NCBI RefSeq assembly: GCF_000018465.1
Contig: NC_010085.1
Location: forward strand, 330,001-362,000
Direction: 5' to 3'
DNA: 32,000 nucleotides
Source of the DNA: Nitrosopumilus maritimus SCM1
Lineage (GTDB): Archaea; Thermoproteota; Nitrososphaeria; Nitrososphaerales; Nitrosopumilaceae
A model generated the notes under the pieces. The model was not told the origin of the DNA, ran no database searches, and saw only the letters and a list, made by a program, of their open reading frames with translations. This document shows positions 18,548 through 27,094 of the stretch, piece by piece; within the stretch, counting starts at the first letter, position 1; every line of letters begins with the position of its first letter. The translations under genes and the position numbers were made by a program.

Positions 18548-19027
18548 CTATTGGAATTTCTCATCCCACTTGCCTTCATTGATCTCTGCTGTAATTTCTT
18601 TAGGGGTCTTTCCTTCTACTTTGACTCCTAAAGCAAGACATGTACCAACTATGGTTTTTGCGACTGATTTTAATGATGATGCATAAGAATTTTCTAGTTT
18701 CGTGTTTGCAACTTTAACAACTGCATCCATTGTTACATCTCCTGCCCATTCAGTTCCAGAAGCTCCAGACCCTTTTTGGATTCCTGCTTCTTTCATAATG
18801 AGTGCAGCTGCTGATGGGATTCCAATTTCAATCTCATACTTTTTTGTATCACTATCTACAATAACGGTGACTGGGACTTTCATTCCCTCAAAGTCTTTTG
18901 TTTTATCATTAATTGCATTAATGACTTCCATGATGTTAACGCCAAGTGGACCTAGTGCTGGACCTAAAGGTGGACCTGCAGATGCTCCTCCTCCTGTTAC
19001 AAGTGATGAAATTTTTTGTTCTCCCAT
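18548..19027 (-). CDS. rpl11: Ribosomal protein L11
   Basis: GGGASAGPPLGPALGPLGVNIMEVINAINDKT and GVKVEGKTPKEITAEINEGKW. Confidence 0.96.
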   Translation of the reverse strand: MGEQKISSLVTGGGASAGPPLGPALGPLGVNIMEVINAINDKTKDFEGMKVPVTVIVDSDTKKYEIEIGIPSAAALIMKEAGIQKGSGASGTEWAGDVTMDAVVKVANTKLENSYASSLKSVAKTIVGTCLALGVKVEGKTPKEITAEINEGKWDEKFQ

Positions 19028-19061
19028 ATTTTATCGCCTCAAAATGAAAATTTAATCCTTC

Positions 19062-19520
19062 CTAACCCTCTGTTGACAGTTTTAGATAGTTTGCGTCGAC
19101 TGTAACTGGTAGTTGGTATGATGCATCAAGCAAAACAACAGTAGCTTCTTCCTTATCTGAATCAATTCTGGTAATTGTTGCTTTCATTCCTTTGAATGGA
19201 CCACCGGTGATTTCTACAACATTGTCTACTGCTAATGTTGAAACTGTTGATTTCTTTACCAAGTATCCTTCTATGTCTTTAAATTCTAATTCTCCTCTTA
19301 GTTGACCTCGGATGTGTCTTACTCCCTCTACTGCCATGTATGCATCACTTGGATTGATTGCTTCAATGACAACATATCCTTTAAGATCATTTACCCAAAA
19401 TACTGATTGAATATTGATTTGATTTGCATTAGCTTTTGCTTCTAATAATCTCATTACCACTTTTTCTTGTCCACCAGTGGTTCTAATTGCAAACAAATGT
19501 GATTTTACTTCTTCTGACAA
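19062..19520 (-). CDS. nusG: Transcription elongation factor Spt5/NusG
   Basis: NGN domain (LFAIRTTGGQEKVVMRLLE ... GYVVIEA) and KOW motif VDNVVEITGGPFKGMKATITRID. Confidence 0.93.
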   Translation of the reverse strand: MSEEVKSHLFAIRTTGGQEKVVMRLLEAKANANQINIQSVFWVNDLKGYVVIEAINPSDAYMAVEGVRHIRGQLRGELEFKDIEGYLVKKSTVSTLAVDNVVEITGGPFKGMKATITRIDSDKEEATVVLLDASYQLPVTVDANYLKLSTEG

Positions 19521-19522
19521 TT

Positions 19523-19696
19523 TTACCTTCCAAATGTGATCACCGAAAAGACAAATTGAATGATAAATCCAATAGTTCCTATACCACCGATACCTAGCAA
19601 AACCAATCTAAGATGTTGTTTGTACTCATCTTTGTCTGGCTTTTTTGCCATTTTCAAGGTATTTGCCATATCCTTCAATCTCTGCTTCGGGTTCAT
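19523..19696 (-). CDS. secE: Preprotein translocase subunit SecE/Sec61-gamma
   Basis: Manual translation: MNPKQRLKDMANTLKMAKKPDKDEYKQHLRLVLLGIGGIGTIGFIIQFVFSVITFGR (57 aa), immediately upstream of nusG; not in the ORF track. Confidence 0.9.
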   Translation of the reverse strand: MNPKQRLKDMANTLKMAKKPDKDEYKQHLRLVLLGIGGIGTIGFIIQFVFSVITFGR

Positions 19697-19735
19697 TGGT
19701 GGAAATTAATAAGGTCTCTTTATATCTCTTATTTC

Positions 19736-20512
19736 ATGGAACTGCTAGTTGCGTATGTTGATGATCCTGCAGGTCACAATATGGCAAAATTTCTTTGCAA
19801 AGATATGACTCAAGATGGAGATGTATTTCGAGGCAAGTATTATGATTTGATAATTATCCCAACCCCTGCAATTTCTGCAGATTGGTTAGAAGAAAAATAT
19901 GATTATGATGGATTTGTATTTTTATCAAAACATGCAGCTGAATCTGGAGTTCTTGCACTCACTTGTCATAGCACTGGGAATTTTTCAGAGGCAAAGTTTG
20001 GTGGAAAAGATAGACAAGTAGCAATCCCTCATCCTGACTTACAAAAAAAATACCTCCAAACTTTACGTGATCATCAATCTGATTTTGTAGAGTTTGACAT
20101 TACAATAGAAGCAACACACCACGGACCTACAGATCTCAAAAAACCCTCAATTTTCATTGAGATTGGAACTACTGAAAAACAGTGGACTGATGAGAATCTG
20201 TGTCATAGAGTTGCAAAATTTGTTCATGAAGTAATGTCAAATGATATCCCAAAAAACCCCGTTGCGATATGTTTTGGTGGAACTCATTATCCTACAAAGT
20301 TTACAGAACAACTACTTGATGGCAAATATGCACTTGGAACTGTAATTCCAAAACACGCACTTGACAATCTTGATGAAGAATTGTTCTCCCATATTCTCAA
20401 GCAAAACAATATGGCCAAATTTGCTCTGCTAGATTGGAATGGACTGGGACCAAACAAGCAAAAAGTTCTTGACCTTCTAGAATCTACAGAACTTGAGGTA
20501 ATCAAACTTTGA
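19736..20512 (+). CDS. dtdA: D-aminoacyl-tRNA deacylase (archaeal DTD2)
   Basis: The provided ORF starts at 19613 in frame but the true start is likely MELLVAYVDDPAGHNMA at 19736; THHGPTDLKKPSIFIEIGTTEKQW and ICFGGTHYPTKFTE. Confidence 0.88.
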   Translation: MELLVAYVDDPAGHNMAKFLCKDMTQDGDVFRGKYYDLIIIPTPAISADWLEEKYDYDGFVFLSKHAAESGVLALTCHSTGNFSEAKFGGKDRQVAIPHPDLQKKYLQTLRDHQSDFVEFDITIEATHHGPTDLKKPSIFIEIGTTEKQWTDENLCHRVAKFVHEVMSNDIPKNPVAICFGGTHYPTKFTEQLLDGKYALGTVIPKHALDNLDEELFSHILKQNNMAKFALLDWNGLGPNKQKVLDLLESTELEVIKL

Positions 20513-20808
20513 ATCTTGAGAAAAAGATCTACAAAAAATTACTAGAAGTTCCAAAAGGCCAAATCACGACTTATGGTGAACTTGCAAAGGCTGTTGGTCT
20601 AAAGAATGGGCAACGAGCAGTTGGAAGAATAATGAACAAGAATCCTTACCCTGTAATCATTCCATGTCACAGAGTTGTTATGTCTAATGGTAAAGTTGGT
20701 GGATATGCATATGGTGAGCATATCAAAACAAAGATGCTTAATGATGAGGGTATCAAAATTGAAAATGGTAAAATTCTAGATTGGGAAAAGACTGTTTATC
20801 GATTCTAA
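20509..20808 (+). CDS. Methylated-DNA-protein cysteine methyltransferase (C-terminal domain only)
   Basis: 99-aa ORF; GQITTYGELAKAVG and active-site IIPCHRVV. TTG start overlaps the dtdA stop. Confidence 0.9.
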   Translation: MNLEKKIYKKLLEVPKGQITTYGELAKAVGLKNGQRAVGRIMNKNPYPVIIPCHRVVMSNGKVGGYAYGEHIKTKMLNDEGIKIENGKILDWEKTVYRF

Positions 20809-20809
20809 T

Positions 20810-21205
20810 TTACAATCCTCCTCCTGATACTTTGCTTAATTCAATGTCATACCCTGTTGGATCTTTGATGTATACTGAACTTGATTTCTCAAAATCTACA
20901 GGCCCGTCATAAAGTACTTCGACTCCAAGTTCTTTGCACTTTTGCATAATGTCGTCAAAATTCTCTACATGAAATCCAAAATGTGCAATTCCTCCAGTAG
21001 GAGTTACCTGTGGGTCTTCATACAAACAAAGTTTGATTGAATCATTTCCAATAATTTTTGAAGGTGCACCCATCTTGTTTGGTGAATTGTCATCTTTTCT
21101 AATCTCAAACCCGAACAAATTTTTGTAAAATTCTACTGTTTTTGCCAAGTCTTTTACATTCATGTTGACATGATCCATGGATGTCGCTTTGAGTATGTCT
21201 GTCAT
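20810..21205 (-). CDS. VOC/glyoxalase superfamily protein
   Basis: MDHVNMNVKDLAKTVEFYKNLFGF ... GIAHFGFHVENFDDI ... VYIKDPTGYDIEL. Confidence 0.85.
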   Translation of the reverse strand: MTDILKATSMDHVNMNVKDLAKTVEFYKNLFGFEIRKDDNSPNKMGAPSKIIGNDSIKLCLYEDPQVTPTGGIAHFGFHVENFDDIMQKCKELGVEVLYDGPVDFEKSSSVYIKDPTGYDIELSKVSGGGL

Positions 21206-21249
21206 AGTCTAAATTGGATCTTTTGAATTAAAAGGATTTTTGAAAAGTT

Positions 21250-21711
21250 CTAATTCTTTCTTTTTGCGACAATCTCTTCCATTAATTGTCTCAAGTGGGC
21301 CTTGTTTCTGACTGTATTTCCACCTACTTTTTTGTAGAGTGCCCAAAATTCAGGATTCGTCAATTCTTTTCTATCTTTTGCAATCTTTAGCAGTCTTCTC
21401 AATGAACGAACCTTTGCAACATAGATTTCTTTTTTGCCAACACGTGCACCTTTACGTCCTTGTTTTGAACCTTGTTTAGTACCTCTCTTGTTTCTTTGAG
21501 CTTTTTTAGTTTGTGCTCTTCCTCTGGATGTTCCAGTAAATGAATCAATTTTGATTGTGTTAGCTGTAATTAGACTTCGAATGTTTTCTCTTGTAATTGC
21601 ATCAGCTACATCAGTAAGATGGTCTGCATCAAATTTTATTCTGTGGACTCCAACACCAGTTACTCTGGATGCTAGTCTTTTCTTAGCTTTAAGATTTACT
21701 ACCACTTGCAC
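21250..21711 (-). CDS. rpl19e: Ribosomal protein L19e
   Basis: VNLKAKKRLASRVTGVGVHRIKFDADHLTDVADAITRENIRSLI and RGRKGARVGKKE. The start may be the internal GTG. Confidence 0.95.
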   Translation of the reverse strand: MQVVVNLKAKKRLASRVTGVGVHRIKFDADHLTDVADAITRENIRSLITANTIKIDSFTGTSRGRAQTKKAQRNKRGTKQGSKQGRKGARVGKKEIYVAKVRSLRRLLKIAKDRKELTNPEFWALYKKVGGNTVRNKAHLRQLMEEIVAKRKN

Positions 21712-22093
21712 TCACTCTCGCATTGAAAATTTTGAATTTTTGCTCAACTGCTTTTGTAACAATCTCTTTTCTTTTTCTAGTACCTACACTGTGACCTAAT
21801 CTTACTCCATCCTTTTTTGGATCAAGTTTTGCCAAGTCATCTAAATTGTAAACTAAATTATCTGTAAATCCTGATGGATGTAATCCTCTTGCATCTTTTG
21901 GTCCGCCAAATCCTACTTTGACTAGACCTGGACGACCTCTACTCCACTGTTTTCTCTGATGATGATCAATACCTTTTGGTTTTCTCCAACCAGTTTGAAG
22001 TCTAACATAACGCCAACTCTCTGGTCTTTCAAAATCAGGATTGTGTTCTTTGATCTCCTGTCTCTTTGCAATCTTGTCTTTGTTGATCGGCAT
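21689..22093 (-). CDS. rpl32e: Ribosomal protein L32e
   Basis: FERPESWRYVRLQTGWRKPKGIDHHQRKQWSRGRPGLVKVGFGGPKDARGLHPSGF. Confidence 0.95.
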   Translation of the reverse strand: MPINKDKIAKRQEIKEHNPDFERPESWRYVRLQTGWRKPKGIDHHQRKQWSRGRPGLVKVGFGGPKDARGLHPSGFTDNLVYNLDDLAKLDPKKDGVRLGHSVGTRKRKEIVTKAVEQKFKIFNARVSASGSKS

Positions 22094-22172
22094 CAGATTG
22101 ACTCTTGAATTTTGGAATAAATACGTTCCTAGACAGTCAAAATAATTTCAATTGGTAAGAGATAATAAGGAA

Positions 22173-22247
22173 ATGGAAGGCGGATCGAAATATCTCATGA
22201 ACAAGCCTGGGATTAATGACATTATTTTTGGAGGCGTAATACTCTGA
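22173..22247 (+). other. Short upstream ORF (24 aa) overlapping the proposed pckA start
   Basis: atggaaggcggatcg...gtaatactctga translates as MEGGSKYLMNKPGINDIIFGGVIL*. Its TGA shares nucleotides with the in-frame CTG of pckA (CTGA). Confidence 0.35.
22230..22236 (+). promoter_or_regulatory. Shine-Dalgarno-like sequence (ggaggcg) for pckA
   Basis: GGAGG complementary to the canonical archaeal 16S rRNA 3' end, about 7-9 nt before CTG at 22244. Confidence 0.5.
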
Positions 22248-23848
22248 CACAAGTAGTTGGTACTGCCACAACTGACAAGTTTTCAGCCCAACTCAAAGAT
22301 TTTGGGATCAATCCATCCAAAGTCCACAGAAATCTTAGTACAGATGAGATGGTGAATCTAGCAGTTGAGAGAAAAGAAGGCGTGGTAAACTCTACAGGCT
22401 CTCTTTCAGTAAATACTGGAAAATACACTGGGCGTTCACCTGATGACAGATTTATCGTATATGATGATAAAACCCATGATACAATTGATTGGGGTAAAAT
22501 TAACCATCAATTCCCAAGTGGTAAATTTGAAAAACTCTTAGAAAAAATGAAAAACTTTGTTGATAACAAGGAACTCTTTGTATTTGACGGATTTGTAGGA
22601 GCTGATCCTGGTACTCGTTTACCAATTAGAGTAATCAATGATCATGTTTGGCAAAATATGTTCTCAAGCAATTTGTTTATTCGTCCAACAAGTGATGAAT
22701 TACAAAACCACGAACCAGAATTTACAATTCTTTGTATTAATGACTTTAAGGCTGACCCCGAGATTGATGGAACCAGAACTGACATATTCATCCTCATTGA
22801 CTTGACACGAAAGATTGTCTTGATTGGTGGAACTGAATATGCAGGTGAAATGAAAAAGTCAATGTTTGGTGTAATGAACTTCCTCTTACCTGATAAAGGA
22901 ATTTTCCCAATGCACTGTTCTGCAAACATTGGGGAAAAAGGAGACACTGCTTTATTCTTTGGATTGTCTGGCACTGGAAAAACCACACTTTCAGCAGACC
23001 CTAACAGAAAACTAATTGGTGATGATGAACATGGTTGGTCTGATAATGGGACCTTTAACTTTGAAGGCGGATGCTATGCAAAATGTATCAATCTTAGTCA
23101 AGAGGCAGAACCAGAAATTTGGAACGCAATCAAACCTGGTGCACTTTTAGAAAATGTAGTTCTAAATGACAACGTTCCTGATTATGATGATAACACTTTA
23201 ACTGAAAACACTAGAGTTGGTTATCCTTTGGATTTCATTCCAGGTGCTGTAATTCCAAGTGTTGGTGGAAATCCTAAAGTGATTATATTTTTGACAGCAG
23301 ATGCCTTGGGAGTATTACCTCCTGTATCAAGACTTACCAAAGAAGCTGCAATGTATCACTTTATGTCTGGATACACCAGCAAACTTGCAGGAACTGAAAG
23401 AGGAATTAAGGAACCAAAATCTGTATTCTCTCAGTGCTTTGGAGCCCCATTCATGCCTAGACCTGCCTCTGTTTACGCTAAATTACTTGGTGAAAAGATT
23501 AACGAACACAATACTGTAGTCTACCTCATTAACACTGGTTGGTCTGGTGGTCCATATGGAGTTGGACAGAGAGTCAAGATAAAGTATAGTCGTGCAATGG
23601 TTACTGCTGCACTTTCTGGTGGTCTAAATATTGTAAAGTATACTCACAATGATTTGTTTAATCTAGATGTTCCAACAGAAGTGGAAGGTGTTCCTTCTGA
23701 GATTTTAGATCCTAGAAACACTTGGATTGACAAAGATGCATATGATTTGTCTGCAAAGAAACTTGCTCAAATGTTTGTTGAGAACTTTAAAAAGTTTGAT
23801 GGAGTCTCACAAGAAATTATTGACGCTGGTCCAAAACCACCACAATAA
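22244..23848 (+). CDS. pckA: Phosphoenolpyruvate carboxykinase (ATP)
   Basis: Provided ORF starts at 22349; GLSGTGKTTLSADPNRKLIGDDEHGW, TGRSPDDRF, NTGWSGGPYGVGQR. The in-frame reading extends upstream to CTG at 22244, adding (M)TQVVGTATTDKFSAQLKDFGINPSKVHRNLSTDE. Confidence 0.93.
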   Translation: MTQVVGTATTDKFSAQLKDFGINPSKVHRNLSTDEMVNLAVERKEGVVNSTGSLSVNTGKYTGRSPDDRFIVYDDKTHDTIDWGKINHQFPSGKFEKLLEKMKNFVDNKELFVFDGFVGADPGTRLPIRVINDHVWQNMFSSNLFIRPTSDELQNHEPEFTILCINDFKADPEIDGTRTDIFILIDLTRKIVLIGGTEYAGEMKKSMFGVMNFLLPDKGIFPMHCSANIGEKGDTALFFGLSGTGKTTLSADPNRKLIGDDEHGWSDNGTFNFEGGCYAKCINLSQEAEPEIWNAIKPGALLENVVLNDNVPDYDDNTLTENTRVGYPLDFIPGAVIPSVGGNPKVIIFLTADALGVLPPVSRLTKEAAMYHFMSGYTSKLAGTERGIKEPKSVFSQCFGAPFMPRPASVYAKLLGEKINEHNTVVYLINTGWSGGPYGVGQRVKIKYSRAMVTAALSGGLNIVKYTHNDLFNLDVPTEVEGVPSEILDPRNTWIDKDAYDLSAKKLAQMFVENFKKFDGVSQEIIDAGPKPPQ

Positions 23849-23849
23849 A

Positions 23850-25874
23850 CTATCTTCTTTTTAGAACAATACCTATTATTCCAATTACAATTACTGCACT
23901 GGCAATTATTACCATCTGTCTTTCTGGAATGTCAAAGTCTAGTCTTTTTCTTTCTTCAAGCGTTTTGATTTCTATTGTGTTGTATGCACTTGATGTGTTT
24001 CCGTTAATTCTAATTTTTGCATCCACCCAATATTCTGCATTCTCATAGACATCAATTGATGCAGCTTTGTCTGGTGTTACAGTTGTTGTATCAATTCTTC
24101 CGTCTTTGCTGTTTGTAACTGAAATCTTTGCAAAACTCCATTCTTCTGGGTGATGGATTTCAAAGAATAGTTTTTCGTTTTGTTGAACTATTGAAATTGA
24201 CCCTTGTGTATAGTGTAACACAAATGGAATGACATATTGTATCCCTTCATGACTTATCTTTATCTTTCCTTCATGTTCTCCAAACTTGTCTTCTAGTACC
24301 CTCATTTTTACATTCAAAATATTTTCATCAACTAACTCTCCTCCAAATTTTATGAACTCTGGCCCATCAAATGTCATGTCAAATCCATCCCATGTCCCAT
24401 CAAGCGATTTTAGTTGGAATTGTTTTTCAACGACTTTGTTATCTGATGATGCTAGTCCTACAAAGTTTGGAGGCTCTATGATCAATTTTGCATCAAATGC
24501 TTTTGCGATGTTCAGCCTGCCTGCGCCTGTTTCTTGTATGGAGAATTCATCTCCGTAGGCATCAGATACAGGCTCAACTGTGGTCAGTAATAATGACTTT
24601 ATCTCATGATGGTGCAATTCTGGATTTTTTTGTAGTAATAGTGCTGCTGCACCACTTACGTGGGGAGCCGCATAACTGGTTCCACTAGTAAAATTGTATC
24701 CTGCATTGTTTTGTGTGGTATTGATGTATGCTCCTGGCGCCACAATTTCTGGTTTGATATAAAATGGAGATACTGGTCCTCTTGAACTAAAATGTGCAAG
24801 ATAATCTGGATTAAAGAACAAATTCAATGTAGCTTCATCTCCATTAATCGATTCAATAATCTCTAATCCTTCTTCTCTATCAATTGATACAACTGGAATT
24901 CTAGGCGAATAATTTGGCTCAATAAACTCATGAATTAATTCTCCAAGAAAAATTCCTGGAATGTTATTGTAAACAATCATTGCTTTTGCTCCTGCGTCTG
25001 CTGCATTAGTTTCCTTTATTGAAAAATACAACAATTCCTCTTTTACATCACTGCCTCTTTCAACAATCAATATTGAATCTTTGACATCGAGATCTTTTAA
25101 TTCATCTACTTTTCCAAATCCTCCAAATACTAGTTTTCCAGAAATTGCGTCTTCCGTTTTTTTATTTCCTGCCATTGGAATTACTGTATATGGCTTGTCA
25201 TTAACTTCTAATGTTGCAACCAAACTTGATGTAAGATTGTTGTAAGTTGCACCAACTGTAACTGACCCAAAGTTTCTTCCAGGACTTCCGATACTTCCTA
25301 ATTCTGGACCGTCATTTCCAGCTGCAGTTACTACAAAGATTTCTTTTTCTAGTGCTTGATTTACTGCTCTTTCAATCTTTGTGTTTGTTTTGTTTACTCC
25401 TAAACTGATATTGATAATGTCTGCATCATCTTCAATTGCTTTTTCAATTGCTCTAATGATTAAATCTGATGATACTCCCTCTCCATCTTCAGATACCTTG
25501 TAGGCAAGGATTTTTGCCTTGGGTGCAACACCTGTTGCTTGCCCATCAGCAGCTATGACCCCTGCAACTTGTGTGCCATGTCCATTATTGTCCATAGGGG
25601 GTTGACCCTCTTGAATGAAATTGTATCCTCCAACAACTTTTCCATCATGACCCCAACCAAACAAATCTGGATGATTAAAGTCTACACCAGTATCAATAAT
25701 CGCAATTTTGATTCCTGTTCCATCTATTCCATCTATTCTTGGAATATCTGTTCCAACAAATGGGACACTTCTTTCCAAGTATGTATGAATTTGATTTTTA
25801 GAATCAGTTGCTTGAGTTAAAATTAATCCCATCAAAATTACAACAATAAAAGAAAAAATCACTAAGAATTTCAC
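23850..25874 (-). CDS. Membrane-anchored subtilisin-like serine protease (S8) with PA-type insertion
   Basis: Catalytic triad motifs IDTGVDFNHP, NNGHGTQVAG and GTSYAAPHVSG; N-terminal signal/TM; C-terminal TM MVIIASAVIVIGIIGIVLKRR. Confidence 0.92.
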   Translation of the reverse strand: MKFLVIFSFIVVILMGLILTQATDSKNQIHTYLERSVPFVGTDIPRIDGIDGTGIKIAIIDTGVDFNHPDLFGWGHDGKVVGGYNFIQEGQPPMDNNGHGTQVAGVIAADGQATGVAPKAKILAYKVSEDGEGVSSDLIIRAIEKAIEDDADIINISLGVNKTNTKIERAVNQALEKEIFVVTAAGNDGPELGSIGSPGRNFGSVTVGATYNNLTSSLVATLEVNDKPYTVIPMAGNKKTEDAISGKLVFGGFGKVDELKDLDVKDSILIVERGSDVKEELLYFSIKETNAADAGAKAMIVYNNIPGIFLGELIHEFIEPNYSPRIPVVSIDREEGLEIIESINGDEATLNLFFNPDYLAHFSSRGPVSPFYIKPEIVAPGAYINTTQNNAGYNFTSGTSYAAPHVSGAAALLLQKNPELHHHEIKSLLLTTVEPVSDAYGDEFSIQETGAGRLNIAKAFDAKLIIEPPNFVGLASSDNKVVEKQFQLKSLDGTWDGFDMTFDGPEFIKFGGELVDENILNVKMRVLEDKFGEHEGKIKISHEGIQYVIPFVLHYTQGSISIVQQNEKLFFEIHHPEEWSFAKISVTNSKDGRIDTTTVTPDKAASIDVYENAEYWVDAKIRINGNTSSAYNTIEIKTLEERKRLDFDIPERQMVIIASAVIVIGIIGIVLKRR

Positions 25875-25950
25875 AAATCTTTTAACAATTTTAGCAAGTA
25901 AAAATGATTACCTGTAAACCAATAAATGGAATAAATTTTCAAATAAATTT

Positions 25951-26571
25951 ATGGGAAAATACACACTTCCTGAAATGCCATATGCTTATGATGCATTAGA
26001 ACCTCACATTGACGCAAGAACCATGGAGATTCACCACACAAAGCATCATCAAACATACACTGACAAACTAAATGCAGCTCTTGAAACATGTCCAGCTGAA
26101 ATTCAAGACAAAGATATTCTTGACATCTTGTCTGATATCAATTCAGTTCCAGAAGACAAAAGAGGTGCAATTAATTTCAACGGTGGTGGTTATGATAACC
26201 ATAGGCTATTTTGGAATAACATGAAACCAAATGGAGGCGGAGAACCTGGGGGATCAATTGCTGATGCAATTAACGATTCTTTTGGAAGCTTTTCTGACTT
26301 CAAAGAGAAGTTTTCATCCACTACAGCAGTAATTCAAGGCAGTGGTTGGGGATGGTTAGTATACAACCCTTCTTCTGGAAAGGTTGAGTACAAATCAATG
26401 CCAAACCAAACAAGTCCTAGAACTGAAGGACTAGTTCCATTGTTAGGCTGTGATGTTTGGGAACATGCATACTATCTCAACTACCAAAACAAGAGACCTG
26501 CTTACATTGAAGCATGGTGGAACGTAGTTAACTGGGATGAGGTAGAGAACAGATTCTCTAAAGCAAAATAA
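25951..26571 (+). CDS. sodA: Superoxide dismutase (Fe/Mn family)
   Basis: [13 protein letters not shown]-type N-terminus ([30 protein letters not shown]) and [15 protein letters not shown]. Confidence 0.96.
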   Translation: MGKYTLPEMPYAYDALEPHIDARTMEIHHTKHHQTYTDKLNAALETCPAEIQDKDILDILSDINSVPEDKRGAINFNGGGYDNHRLFWNNMKPNGGGEPGGSIADAINDSFGSFSDFKEKFSSTTAVIQGSGWGWLVYNPSSGKVEYKSMPNQTSPRTEGLVPLLGCDVWEHAYYLNYQNKRPAYIEAWWNVVNWDEVENRFSKAK

Positions 26572-26653
26572 AGTTCATTCTTTATTTTTTATTCATTTTT
26601 TGATTCGCTTTCTATGAATGAATTTATAACCATAAGAGAAAGTCATGTTGTAA

Positions 26654-27091
26654 ATGAGTCAAGAACAAGCAGAACAATTAATGCAACAAATGCAGATGCT
26701 TGAAACATATTTTGCAGACTTATCTCAAAGAGAAAATACATTTCTTGGTGTATTTAGAGAAGCAACTGCAGCTATTGAATCCATAAAATCTCTTAGTAAA
26801 AACCCTGAATCCGACACTCTTGTTCCAATTGGACTTGGAACATATGTCCCAACAAAAATTTCATCCGATAGCAAAATAATTTTAAACATTGGCGCAGGAG
26901 TGGCAGTAGAAAAAGACTTTCCTTCTGCAATTAATTATCTTGAAGAGAGAATCAAAGAAATTGAAATCGCAATACAAGATACTGCAGCAAAAAAACAAGA
27001 TGCTGCTCAAAGATTGGAGCAAGGCAAAGCACAAGTCAACCAACTGATGCAAGCCATGCAACAATCTGGTCAACCTCCAAAATCGGGATAA
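26654..27091 (+). CDS. pfdA: Prefoldin alpha subunit
   Basis: Coiled coil - LVPIGLGTYVPTKISSDSKIILNIGAGVAVEKDF - coiled coil. Confidence 0.92.
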   Translation: MSQEQAEQLMQQMQMLETYFADLSQRENTFLGVFREATAAIESIKSLSKNPESDTLVPIGLGTYVPTKISSDSKIILNIGAGVAVEKDFPSAINYLEERIKEIEIAIQDTAAKKQDAAQRLEQGKAQVNQLMQAMQQSGQPPKSG

Positions 27092-27094
27092 ACA

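Noticed and set aside
19613-19735. N-terminal 41 residues of the provided dtdA ORF (MLFVLIFVWLFC...)
   Set aside because: Overlaps secE on the opposite strand and looks like an artefactual extension; family start is MELLVAYVDD at 19736.
22094-22243. Possible tRNA or structured RNA in the rpl32e-pckA gap
   Set aside because: I could not fold an acceptor stem or find a T-loop consensus; a short ORF and an SD motif explain part of the region better.
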